Made by a program: the position numbers and the translations under genes. Under the pieces are notes generated by a model. The model made no database searches. It was not told the origin of the DNA and saw nothing but the letters and a program-made list of their open reading frames with translations. Of a stretch of 64,000 bases of DNA, positions 18,505-27,316 are shown one piece after another. The stretch comes from Pirellulales bacterium (GTDB lineage Bacteria; Planctomycetota; Planctomycetia; Pirellulales; JAICIG01). Numbering within the stretch: the stretch's first letter is position 1; each line of letters opens with the position of its first letter. The stretch covers positions 266,103-330,102 of the forward strand of contig JBBDYJ010000031.1 in assembly GCA_040901675.1 (NCBI GenBank). The letters are read 5' to 3'.

Positions 18505-19191
18505 TTATTGCGTTCGTTTCTGATCCCGGACCAGCGGCTCCAGCAGCGCCCGGCAGGCGTCGATCTCGTCCTGGTTGACCGTGTGCGGCATCCCCGGGTA
18601 ACGGCGCAGCTCCACCCGCGCGCCCATCCGCCTCAGGACCGCCGCCGTCTCCAGCACGCGCTCCAGGGGAATATGCGCGTCGGGGTCGCTCGTGCCGAGG
18701 AACACCGGCGTGCCGGCAAGCGAGCCGGCGTAGTCTCGCGGCGTGCCGGGCGGACCGATGAGGCCGCCGGTCAACCCCATGACCGCGCCGTAACGCCGCG
18801 GCCGGCGGGCGGCGAACTCCAGCGCCAGGCACGCGCCCTGCGAGAATCCCAGCAGTGCGATCCGGTCGCTTGGGATGCCGCCGGCCAGCAGCTCGGCAAC
18901 GAGCGACTCGATTCGGCGCAACGCCGAATCGAGAAACGGCTGATTTACTTCCAGCGGATCCAGAAACGTTCGCGGATACCAGGTAGAGCCGGCGGCCTGG
19001 GGAGCCAGCGCCGCCAGCGTTGGCAGCCCGATTTGGTCGTACAGCGGCAGCATCCCCTCGGCGGTGCCGCCCCGGCCGTGCAGCAGGACGAGCGTGGCGT
19101 CGGCCTCCTGCGGCGCGGGGCCGGCCGTCCGGACGGGCTGACCGGCATGCGGATCGGGCGTCGTTTCATCCTGCCGGAGCTGCATGTTCAT
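18505..19191 (-). CDS. Phospholipase/carboxylesterase (MhqD/YpfH-like)
   Basis: LLHGRGG, GFSQGA, D.HIP, GMPH; this family is typically paired with MhqO-like dioxygenases. Confidence 0.9.
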   Translation of the reverse strand: MNMQLRQDETTPDPHAGQPVRTAGPAPQEADATLVLLHGRGGTAEGMLPLYDQIGLPTLAALAPQAAGSTWYPRTFLDPLEVNQPFLDSALRRIESLVAELLAGGIPSDRIALLGFSQGACLALEFAARRPRRYGAVMGLTGGLIGPPGTPRDYAGSLAGTPVFLGTSDPDAHIPLERVLETAAVLRRMGARVELRRYPGMPHTVNQDEIDACRALLEPLVRDQKRTQ

Positions 19192-19270
19192 GGCTCCGCA
19201 GCGGTTTCGCAACGTGGCCCTGCTCGACTGAGGCGGGACAGGGGAGCTGCGCGCGTGCGTCGCGTGCCGT

Positions 19271-19543
19271 TCATGGCTCGACCAGCGAATACATTCCCTG
19301 GCTGTCATGCTTGAGCTTGCCTTGCTTGACCAGCTCGTCCCAGACGGCGCGAGGGTACTGGTTCGGCGGCATGATGGCCACAATCCGGCCCTTGGCGCCG
19401 CTGCTCATGGGACCCACGCCGATTCTCGATTCGGCGTCGAGGCGCGTCAGCTTGAGACGCTTCCTGAAGGCCTTCAGCGCCAGCTTCAACTCTTGGGCTG
19501 AAGGAGTGCCCTCCGGCGGCGTCGTTGATCCGGGGGTCGACAT
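19271..19543 (-). CDS. Small basic conserved hypothetical protein
   Basis: Natural-looking sequence (LKAFRKRLKLTRLDAES...PPNQYPRAVWDELVKQGKL) with RBS gagagggag. Confidence 0.75.
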   Translation of the reverse strand: MSTPGSTTPPEGTPSAQELKLALKAFRKRLKLTRLDAESRIGVGPMSSGAKGRIVAIMPPNQYPRAVWDELVKQGKLKHDSQGMYSLVEP

Positions 19544-19635
19544 GGCCATGCTCCCTCTCAAGTGCAGTTGCTCAGATAGCTATTTATCGATTCTACCCGG
19601 GACGGACTGGGCCGGGTACCATCGTCCGAGGCAGC

Positions 19636-21294
19636 TTAGCCACGAGGCGGCCGGACCGTGAGCCATACGTCGCGGATGCGATGGTCGCGGCCGGGCAGGG
19701 GCGCCTCGCCGATGCGCACGAGCGGCGCCGCGCCGGCACTTCGCCCCACGATGCGGATGGGACCCGAAAAAGCTTCCGCGCCGCCGGTGAGCGTGAGCTT
19801 GACCGCCTTGGCTGAGTCGTCACCGGCCAGCGACTTCGCCTCCGATACGCTGACACCTGCGGGCAGGCCTTGGACTTCCAGTGCGATTTCCTCGGCGAAG
19901 CCGCGCTGGCGGTCGATCGCCAACGGGATCTCCAGCGGCTCGCCGGGCACGAGCGTGAAGGCGTGGCCGGCGACCGTGAGACTGAAATCAGGCCGCCCCA
20001 CGACCGCGCGGAGGCGATAGAGATAGCGAGGCCCGCCGTGCTCGTACAGGTCCGACACGACCAGCCGGTACTGGCCGTCGGCCGGAACGGCAAACGAAAG
20101 CTCGGCGTCGCGATCGCCGCCGCTGTCGTCGACGCGGGCCAGCGACTGGTCCCCGGTGTCGAACAGCTCCAGCACCGGATCGAGCGGATAGCCCAGCCCG
20201 CGGCTCTCGATCCGAAACAGCAGCGTCTGCCCCTTCACGGCCGCAAAACGCCACACGTCGCGGTCGCGGGGCGGATCGATGCGGCCCGTGACCGTAACGG
20301 GCAGCTCGATCGGCTGCGGCTGATCGAAGGGGTTGGGCTCCGCCTCGAGGATAGCCGGGTGCGGCTCCACCGGCAGCCAGGCGGCCTGCGGGAGACGGGG
20401 GTCGAAAACGGCGGCGGCCTCCCCCTGCGCCGAAGCCTCAACCGTGACCGTTGCCGGCCCGTCGCCGAGGTCCCCGTCGCCCAGGTTCCAGTCGCCGAGG
20501 TTCCAACCGCCCAACTCGACGGGCGCGGCCTGCCCGGCGGCGATCGCCAGCGGGAGCGTGTAGTCGACGAAGGGGCCCACGGTAAGGGTGAGCCGGTAGA
20601 TCAGCGCGTCGCCGCCGGCCAGGGCGATCGAAGCGTCGGGAACGGCGGGAAAGCCGAACACGCGCACCAGGTACGTTGCCGCGGCCGGCGCGGTGAAATC
20701 GAGCTGCGGATCGAGCCCCAGGCAATCGTCGTTTTGGGCCAGGACGATTCCCCGCGACGAGGCGACCTGCAACACGCAATCGACGGGCGAGGCCAGCGTG
20801 CGGTGGGCCTGGACCGAAGCGACGAGCGTCTGGCCGGCCTGGAGCGCAACGGCGAACACATCGGTGTCGCCTCGCCGGCGCAGGCGGCCGTTGACCACCG
20901 CGGGCAGCTCGATGGTTTGGGGCGCGCGTGGAGTGTCGTTTGGCTCCTGCTCGTCCAGCTCGGCCAGGTTGCCGACGATCCAGGGGAGCACGGCGGCGGC
21001 GCCCTCGGAGTTATAGAGCCGCACCCAGCACACTCCCGGCACGACGTCGTCGGCCACGCTGAACGAGAGCCGGCCTTTCGCTTCCAGCGCGGTGACCGTG
21101 ACGCCGGGCCGATCGACGCACGCCTCGACCGGCCAATCGGCGAACGTGCCCGCCGCGGTCACCTCGACGCTGGCGCCGCGCCGAGCGCCGGCGGGAAAGA
21201 AGTATTGGGCCTCCGGGGGCGCGGCGGCCGCCAGCGCCGCGCTCAGTATCAGCCAGCCGCAGGCGGCAATGATCGCGGCTTTGCACTCCATCAC
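19636..21294 (-). CDS. Secreted PPC-domain (pre-peptidase C-terminal) protein
   Basis: Signal peptide, FPAGARRG, two E.EPND/N repeats, D.D.F/W..., NDD..GLDP. Confidence 0.85.
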   Translation of the reverse strand: MMECKAAIIAACGWLILSAALAAAAPPEAQYFFPAGARRGASVEVTAAGTFADWPVEACVDRPGVTVTALEAKGRLSFSVADDVVPGVCWVRLYNSEGAAAVLPWIVGNLAELDEQEPNDTPRAPQTIELPAVVNGRLRRRGDTDVFAVALQAGQTLVASVQAHRTLASPVDCVLQVASSRGIVLAQNDDCLGLDPQLDFTAPAAATYLVRVFGFPAVPDASIALAGGDALIYRLTLTVGPFVDYTLPLAIAAGQAAPVELGGWNLGDWNLGDGDLGDGPATVTVEASAQGEAAAVFDPRLPQAAWLPVEPHPAILEAEPNPFDQPQPIELPVTVTGRIDPPRDRDVWRFAAVKGQTLLFRIESRGLGYPLDPVLELFDTGDQSLARVDDSGGDRDAELSFAVPADGQYRLVVSDLYEHGGPRYLYRLRAVVGRPDFSLTVAGHAFTLVPGEPLEIPLAIDRQRGFAEEIALEVQGLPAGVSVSEAKSLAGDDSAKAVKLTLTGGAEAFSGPIRIVGRSAGAAPLVRIGEAPLPGRDHRIRDVWLTVRPPRG

Positions 21295-21295
21295 G

Positions 21296-22642
21296 CTACC
21301 CCATCAGCTCGGCGATGGGCGTCGGATCGCTTACCAGGTGCACGGGCCGCCCTTGCGGCGTGTGGTAGATCTTGCCCGGGTCGATGCCCAGCTTTTGGTA
21401 AACGGTCGAGACAAAGTTCTCCGGCGACAGCATGCGCTCGACCGCCGCGTAGCCGCTGCGGTCGGTGGCGCCGACGACCTGCCCGCCGGGCGTGCCGCCA
21501 CCGGCAAACAGGATCGACATGGCGTTGGCCCAGTGGTCGCGGCCTGGTTTGCTCTGGCCGGAGAGCGTCGAGATCTTGGGCGTGCGGCCGAACTCGCCCA
21601 GGGCGACCACCAGCGTCGTGTCGAGCAGTCCCCGCTCGTCGAGGTCGAGGATCAGCGAGGCGATGGTCGACTCGAAGCGAGGCAGCCGCTTGCGCAGGCC
21701 GCCGAAGATGTCGGAGTGGTGGTCCCACCCTCCGTCGTAGAGCGTGACAAAGGGCACGCCCGCTTCGACCAGCCGCCGGGCCAGCAGCGCCCGCTGGCCG
21801 AAGGGGTTGCGGCCGTAGGCCTCGCGGACCGAGTCGGGTTCGCTCTGGATGTCGAAAGCTTTTTGGGCCCGGACGCTGGTCACCAGGTCGTAACCCTGCC
21901 GGTAGTATTCGTCGAGCGCGTGGACGGGGTCGCCCGCGGCGCGGTCGTCGATGCGCGGGAGCCGATCGACCATGCCGCGCAGATCGCGGCGGCCGATGAA
22001 GCGGTCGTCGGTCAGCCCTTCAGGCAGGGCCACGTCGCGGACGCGGAAGTTGTCGCGGTTGGGATCGTCGGAGACGACGAAGGGGGCGTACTTGGCCCCC
22101 AGGAAGTTCGGGCCGCCGGAGCGCGACATGCTGGGCATCGAGAAGTAACCCGGCAGGCCGCGGGGAGCGCCCCGCTCGTAGGCCGCGACCGAGCCGAGGC
22201 TGGGGTGAAAGCTGACAAACGCGCCGCAGCCGACGGGGATCCGCGGCGGAGCGCCGGTCATCATGTAGTGGTTGCCGGCGCCGTGGTTCCCCTGGTTGTG
22301 GCAGACCGAGCGGACAATGGCCAGCTTGTCGGCGATGCCGGCCAGCCGCGGCATGTGCTCGGAGAAATGCACGCTGGGCAGGCGGGTCTCGATCGCCTCG
22401 AACTCGCCGCGGATTTCCAGCGGCGCCTCGGGCTTGGGATCGAACGTTTCAAAGTGCGTCGGTCCGCCGTCCATCCAGATCAGGATGCAGTTGACCGGCT
22501 TGCGCGTGCCCTCGCCGGCCTCCTGGGCGGCCTGGCCGGAGAGCCGGAGCAGGTCGACCAGGCCTCCGCAGCCCAGGGCGGCCAGGCCCAGTTGCAACGA
22601 GTCGCGGCGAGTCATTCCCTGGCAGTTGCGATGGACGGCCAT
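21296..22642 (-). CDS. DUF1501 domain protein
   Basis: Tat-like TRRDSLQLG, GGPTHFETFDPKP, GWDHH, GEFGRTPKI, GRDHW. Confidence 0.92.
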   Translation of the reverse strand: MAVHRNCQGMTRRDSLQLGLAALGCGGLVDLLRLSGQAAQEAGEGTRKPVNCILIWMDGGPTHFETFDPKPEAPLEIRGEFEAIETRLPSVHFSEHMPRLAGIADKLAIVRSVCHNQGNHGAGNHYMMTGAPPRIPVGCGAFVSFHPSLGSVAAYERGAPRGLPGYFSMPSMSRSGGPNFLGAKYAPFVVSDDPNRDNFRVRDVALPEGLTDDRFIGRRDLRGMVDRLPRIDDRAAGDPVHALDEYYRQGYDLVTSVRAQKAFDIQSEPDSVREAYGRNPFGQRALLARRLVEAGVPFVTLYDGGWDHHSDIFGGLRKRLPRFESTIASLILDLDERGLLDTTLVVALGEFGRTPKISTLSGQSKPGRDHWANAMSILFAGGGTPGGQVVGATDRSGYAAVERMLSPENFVSTVYQKLGIDPGKIYHTPQGRPVHLVSDPTPIAELMG

Positions 22643-22654
22643 GGCAGGCTCCCT

Positions 22655-24883
22655 TCAGTCTTTGAATATGAACTCGGGGGTATTCAGCAAGGCCCACAAC
22701 AGGTCTTCGGCGGCCTCGCGGCGGCTGCGTTCGTCGAAAACCGAGACGGCCGCCTGGGCCTCGTCGGCCGCGGGGTAACGGGCGTAGACCAGCAGGTAAA
22801 GCTCTTCGACGATCTCGGCGGGGGTCTTATCCGAGGCGGCCAGCGCGGCGGCGCGGCCGGCGTCGCTGATGACTTTGGCGTGCAAGCTGGGGGCATTCAT
22901 CATGTGCAGCGTCTGGACCACGGTGGTGTCGGGAGTGCGCTCGCAGGGCGGATCCTGGTTCTCGTCGGGCCGCCCGAAGGCGTCGAGGAACAGCGAGCCG
23001 ACGCGGTGCGTCCAGATCTCCATTGCCCGCGACTCGGGCGGCATGGCGGCGAAGGTCTCAGGAACCTGCGTGATATCGCAGATGGCGTCCAGCAGCACCT
23101 CGGCCCCCAGCCGCTGCCGGTAGTGGCGGGAGTAACTGCGCGTGTCGGCCACGTTGCGTTCGTTGGCCAGTGACGACAGGCCATACACGTACGAGGTCAT
23201 CATGGTCCGCAGCAGCGCCTTCTGGTCGTAGCCGAGCCGGCGGAACTCGTCGGCCAGGGCCGCCAGCAAGGCCGGGTTGCTCGGCGGGTTGGTGGCCCGC
23301 AGGTCGTCGACGGGGTCGACCAGGCCGCGTCCCATCAGCTCCGCCCAGATGCGGTTGACCGCCGCGCGGGCGAAGTAGGGGTTGTCGTCGGAGGTCATCC
23401 AATCGGCCAGTGCCTCGCGTGGATCCTCGCCCGGCTCGACCGGCCGGGCCTCGCCGAAGAGCGGGCGGGGATCGAGCAGCTCGCCGGTGAGCGGGTGGGC
23501 GACCGTGCCCTTGCCGCCGTGGAAGACGATCTCCTCGCCGCCGGAGATGGGCGGCGAGAGGCCGGTCCCCTTGCGCTCGATCTGGGCGAAGTAGGCGGCG
23601 AGACTGTAAAAGTCTTTCTGGCCCCAGACCTCGAAGGGATGCTGGTGGCACTTGGCGCATTCCAGCCGGATGCCCAGGAAAAGTTGGCTGACGCTGGTGG
23701 TGATCTCGTCGGGGCCGCGGCGGTCGCGGAACAGCGTGACGGCGCCGTTGCGCCAGGTGCTGCCGCGGGCGGTGACCAATCGGCGCACGAACTGGTCGTA
23801 GGAGAGGTTGCGCCGAAAGGCGTCGCGCAGCCACTCATCCAGGCTGAACGTGGCCTTGATGCCGACTCGGTAGGGGTTGGGCCGCAGCAGGTCGGCCCAC
23901 TTGTTGGCCCAGTAGTCGGCGTACTCGTCGCGCTCCAACAAGGCATCGACCAGGCGGTCTCGCTTCTGGGGATCGGCGTCGGCAAGCCAGGCGCGGACTT
24001 CGCCTGGGGTGGGCAGCCTGCCGATGGCGTCGAGGTAGACGCGGCGGAGGAAGGTGCTGTCGGCGGCGGGCTCGCTGGGCGTGACGCCCATCTGGGCCAG
24101 CTTCCGCCACACCAGTTCGTCGATAAAGTTGTGCCGCGGCAGCGAGTCGTACACCGCCCTGTCGACCGGGTGCGGCAGCGGGATGGCGGTGTCCCACGTG
24201 GCGATCTGGCCCATGTAGCGGGCCATGATCGTGGCCTGGCCGGGCAGCTCGCCGGCCGCCACGCGCCCCTCGCGGCCCACGGCGGCAATGGCCGCCTCGC
24301 TCGACTGGAAGTCGGCCAGCGCAGTCACGTCGCGCGTCGAGCCGTCGCTGTAGCAAGCGGTGACGGCGAGCTGCTCTTCGTCGCCTTGGGTCATCACGCG
24401 CTGGCTGGGCGAAAGTTCGATGCGGACCAGCTCGGGGTCGTCCGGCCGGTTGCGCGGCATGCCGGCCACGATCCAGGCGCCCAGCGTGGCATAGTGCGGG
24501 CTGTCGGGCGGCAGTCGTCGGCCGCCGCCGTGCGGCACGCGTGCGGCCGCTTTGCGCAACAGGAGGCTGTTGTCGGGTGCGGCGGGAAACAATCGGCGCC
24601 CGCGGGCGTCTTTGACGATGGCGGCATAGTCGAAGTCGGGGTCGAACCCCAACAGCGACAGCGCAAAGCCGTTCTGGCCGCGCGCCTTGCCATGGCAGGC
24701 GCCGGCGTTGCAGCCGGCCGCCGTGAGTATGGGGAGCACGTCGAGCTCGAAGCGGGGAGTGCCGTCCAGGGGATCGGCATCGCCGACCGGCGGCCTGGTG
24801 TCCGGGCTTTCCGCCCTTACCAGCCCAGCGCACCAGAGCGCCGCCGCAAGCAGACCCAACCATGAAACGAGGTGGCGCGGCAT
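22655..24883 (-). CDS. DUF1549/DUF1553 protein with Ig-like (Big_2) domain
   Basis: GCNAGACHG, TFLRRVYLDAIGRLPT, FLGIRLECAKCHQHP, NPYFARAAVNR, DLLWALLNTPEF. Confidence 0.92.
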   Translation of the reverse strand: MPRHLVSWLGLLAAALWCAGLVRAESPDTRPPVGDADPLDGTPRFELDVLPILTAAGCNAGACHGKARGQNGFALSLLGFDPDFDYAAIVKDARGRRLFPAAPDNSLLLRKAAARVPHGGGRRLPPDSPHYATLGAWIVAGMPRNRPDDPELVRIELSPSQRVMTQGDEEQLAVTACYSDGSTRDVTALADFQSSEAAIAAVGREGRVAAGELPGQATIMARYMGQIATWDTAIPLPHPVDRAVYDSLPRHNFIDELVWRKLAQMGVTPSEPAADSTFLRRVYLDAIGRLPTPGEVRAWLADADPQKRDRLVDALLERDEYADYWANKWADLLRPNPYRVGIKATFSLDEWLRDAFRRNLSYDQFVRRLVTARGSTWRNGAVTLFRDRRGPDEITTSVSQLFLGIRLECAKCHQHPFEVWGQKDFYSLAAYFAQIERKGTGLSPPISGGEEIVFHGGKGTVAHPLTGELLDPRPLFGEARPVEPGEDPREALADWMTSDDNPYFARAAVNRIWAELMGRGLVDPVDDLRATNPPSNPALLAALADEFRRLGYDQKALLRTMMTSYVYGLSSLANERNVADTRSYSRHYRQRLGAEVLLDAICDITQVPETFAAMPPESRAMEIWTHRVGSLFLDAFGRPDENQDPPCERTPDTTVVQTLHMMNAPSLHAKVISDAGRAAALAASDKTPAEIVEELYLLVYARYPAADEAQAAVSVFDERSRREAAEDLLWALLNTPEFIFKD

Positions 24884-25004
24884 CGTTCGGCAGACCGTGG
24901 GAGGCGGGATGCTGGGGGGACCCCATTCTAATAAACGGCTGTCGATGCATCAACCTTGCATGAAGGTCCTTATTTCGCCGGGCATGCCCGTGCCACGGGC
25001 ACCC

Positions 25005-25448
25005 CTATTCAATCAGAAACGTCGTTTCCTGAACCAACTGCTCGGCGATGTAGGCCAGGCACCGCGCGGGCGGCCGGCCCAGCACGCTTGCGGCCAATGC
25101 ATGCCGGTCTCGCCGCGGCAGCGGAACGTGGCGCAGCACAATGCGGCCGCCACGCGCGACGACGCGGGCAAGCTCTCGCAGGGCTTCACGAGTCAGGGGT
25201 GTTCGCTCCACGATCACCAGGTCCACGCTGTGGTCGGCCAGGGGGATCGCCTCGGCCCGGCCGAGAATCAGCCGCCCAATCGCCAGACCCTTGCCGGGAC
25301 CAACCGTCTTGACGTGGCTGAGGTTCAGGTTCCAGGCTTGCGGGTGCCGGCCTTCCCCGCCGACGTCGAGAACCATCGGAAGCGGTCTAGCCGGCTCGCC
25401 GAACTCGACCCGCCGATCCAGCGGTGTGCCCAGCGACTTGCAATTCAA
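25005..25448 (-). CDS. Small class I SAM-dependent methyltransferase-like protein
   Basis: VLDVGGEG, AEAIPLADHSVDLV, ELARVVARGG; start uncertain. Confidence 0.6.
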   Translation of the reverse strand: MNCKSLGTPLDRRVEFGEPARPLPMVLDVGGEGRHPQAWNLNLSHVKTVGPGKGLAIGRLILGRAEAIPLADHSVDLVIVERTPLTREALRELARVVARGGRIVLRHVPLPRRDRHALAASVLGRPPARCLAYIAEQLVQETTFLIE

Positions 25449-25605
25449 GATCCGACCTCCCTGGTCTTGCCGCCGCCGTCTGCTTGAGCAAACGCCCCGG
25501 CGCGCGTGCCACTGGCACGAGGGGCGTCACCTCGCTAGGCAATGACAGTATCATATCCTCCGGGCGATGCACCAACCTGGCCCGCTGCGAGGGCGCGGGG
25601 GCGGT

Positions 25606-25810
25606 ATGGCAAACACAACGGCCTCGAGCCAAGAGGCCGACTTATCTGCCGACGCAACGGTTCTTTCCGGTGCTCTGCACATCCACGTCGCTTTCGACTG
25701 GGGCGACGAGGTCGACCTGGCGCAGGCCCAGCAGCTTGCCCCGTCGAGGTTGAGGGCCTTGACGCGGCGTCCGCGCACGCCTTCGTCGATCGCCTATCGG
25801 CCGCCGGCAG
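25606..25810 (+). pseudogene. 5' fragment of a conserved protein (RMD1/DUF155-like), truncated
   Basis: LHIHVAFDWGDEVDL...RRPRTPSSIAYRPP, then an abrupt change to unrelated sequence. Confidence 0.5.
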
Positions 25811-25860
25811 CCGCTACGATCGACACGGGGTCGCCAGGAAGGCCGGATAGAATCGACGGC

Positions 25861-26085
25861 ATGGACCCGAATCCTTACAAGTCGCCTGAATCGGAAGGTT
25901 CACCAAGCAAAGGCAGCCCTTCGGAGCTGACTTGGCGCGCAATCCTTGCATTGGTGGTGCTCGGTTATGTTCTCACGCTCGTAGGCGGCATCTTCGTCGA
26001 GCACAGGTTCGACCCATGGTACGGAGTTGTTGGCGGCATTTCCGTGCTGCTCACTTTGGTCTTATTTCGGTTCCGGCATCGCTGA
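25861..26085 (+). CDS. Small 2-TM protein with NPYKSP motif
   Basis: MDPNPYKSP followed by two hydrophobic helices. Confidence 0.65.
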   Translation: MDPNPYKSPESEGSPSKGSPSELTWRAILALVVLGYVLTLVGGIFVEHRFDPWYGVVGGISVLLTLVLFRFRHR

Positions 26086-26117
26086 TCGAACAACCCCAAG
26101 CTTGGAGGACTGACCGC

Positions 26118-26543
26118 ATGAAGACGCGACCTATCCAATTCAGCATTGCCATGCTCCTGGCACTGACCGGGCTCGTGGCGGTTACCGCGTGGGCACTCGT
26201 TAGTGAACCGACGATGGCGACCGGCGCCGTGCTAACGCTGTTGATTCTTGCCTACGCGGCCCTGTCAATCACGGGCTGTATGAGCGCAAAAGGAGACGGC
26301 AGGACATTTTGGATCGGCGTGGCTACTTGTTCGTTATTTGTTGTGTATTCGATCGGTTTCTGGGCCACCGCCGGCGAGGAAAGTCTTGACGACGTCTTTA
26401 CTCAGGTACACAGGTTTCGCAGCACCCTTGCCCTCTTATGGGGCAGCATGATCCCAATCGGCCTTCTTTGCGTTGCGTTCCGCTGGCTGTTGCTCCGTGG
26501 CGCGGAGAGGGACGGTCAAGAGACGTTGGATCGCACGTTATGA
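26118..26543 (+). CDS. Membrane protein with QFSIAMLL N-terminal motif
   Basis: RBS ggagg at 26104; about four TM segments. Confidence 0.72.
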   Translation: MKTRPIQFSIAMLLALTGLVAVTAWALVSEPTMATGAVLTLLILAYAALSITGCMSAKGDGRTFWIGVATCSLFVVYSIGFWATAGEESLDDVFTQVHRFRSTLALLWGSMIPIGLLCVAFRWLLLRGAERDGQETLDRTL

Positions 26544-26580
26544 TGATTTGATTACCAACCGTTGCTGCAAAACATAGACC

Positions 26581-26603
26581 CCGCGCAAAGCGCGCGGTTT
26601 TTT
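26581..26603 (+). terminator. Intrinsic terminator
   Basis: ccgcgc-aaagc-gcgcgg followed by tttttt. Confidence 0.6.
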
Positions 26604-26672
26604 CGTTGGCCAAATTGCTTGCGATCAGCCGGCAGGCGTGGTCCATAGGGGTCGGACGGGCGATCACAGGCC

Positions 26673-26732
26673 CCTATCGCGATGAAGCACTACCTGCAGG
26701 TCACGGATGCGGACTTTGACCTGGCAACCTAA
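26673..26732 (+). mobile_element. C-terminal remnant of a tyrosine recombinase/integrase
   Basis: Translates to PIAMKHYLQVTDADFDLAT*, resembling the catalytic-Tyr tail of planctomycete integrases; lies about 150 bp from the tRNA 3' end. Confidence 0.6.
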
Positions 26733-26878
26733 GGCGGCGCAGAATCCGGCGCACAGGCGGTGCAGCGGGCGCACGCCGGGAGCCCCGGGGAGTCACACAA
26801 AACGACGCAAGCCCATGATAGGTCACGGGCTTGTGCGAATACCGGCGATGACCGGCGAAAAGCTGCGAAAGCAAAAAA

Positions 26879-26965
26879 CGGAGAGGACAGGATTCGAACC
26901 TGCGGACCAGTTTCCCGGTCACGGGTTTAGCAAACCCGCGCTTTCGACCACTCAGCCACCTCTCC
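26879..26965 (-). tRNA. tRNA-Ser(GCT)
   Basis: GGAGAGG acceptor stem, TGGCTGAGTGGTCGAAAGC D-arm, CGGGT-TTGCTAA-ACCCG anticodon arm, long variable arm, GGTTCGAATCC; CCA is not encoded. Confidence 0.97.
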
Positions 26966-27034
26966 AAACGGTCGAAGTGCAACCCGGCCAAACCAGCCAA
27001 CGCCAAGCCAAGCGGCCGGCCGCACTCTACGCGA

Positions 27035-27062
27035 ATTCTAGGCATTCGCCCGCCTCCTGCAA
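27035..27062 (-). promoter_or_regulatory. Putative sigma70 promoter of tRNA-Ser
   Basis: TTGCAG-16 nt-TAGAAT on the minus strand, about 70 bp upstream of the tRNA. Confidence 0.45.
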
Positions 27063-27316
27063 GGGATCTTCCACCCCACCCGCCCCCGCCCGCCATGGCC
27101 CCAAGTGACGAGAATCTGCCGAGAATGCGGGCGCAGCGGGCGGCGGGCGGACCGCGGGAAGCGGATTGTACGGCCCGTGCCGCCCAGACCCGCCCCGCCC
27201 CCCAAATTCCTTGCAAATTCGGCAGGCGACAACCGGACCGCGCCGGATTAGAGTTGTAATAGCGCCCGAATTTCTGGCGAATCCGGCTTCACTAGCTAAT
27301 AAGAGGACTTCCCGCG

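Noticed and set aside
19870..23173. Long antisense ORFs (625 aa, 693 aa and many similar ones across the window)
   Set aside because: These are shadow ORFs expected in high-GC DNA opposite well-supported genes.
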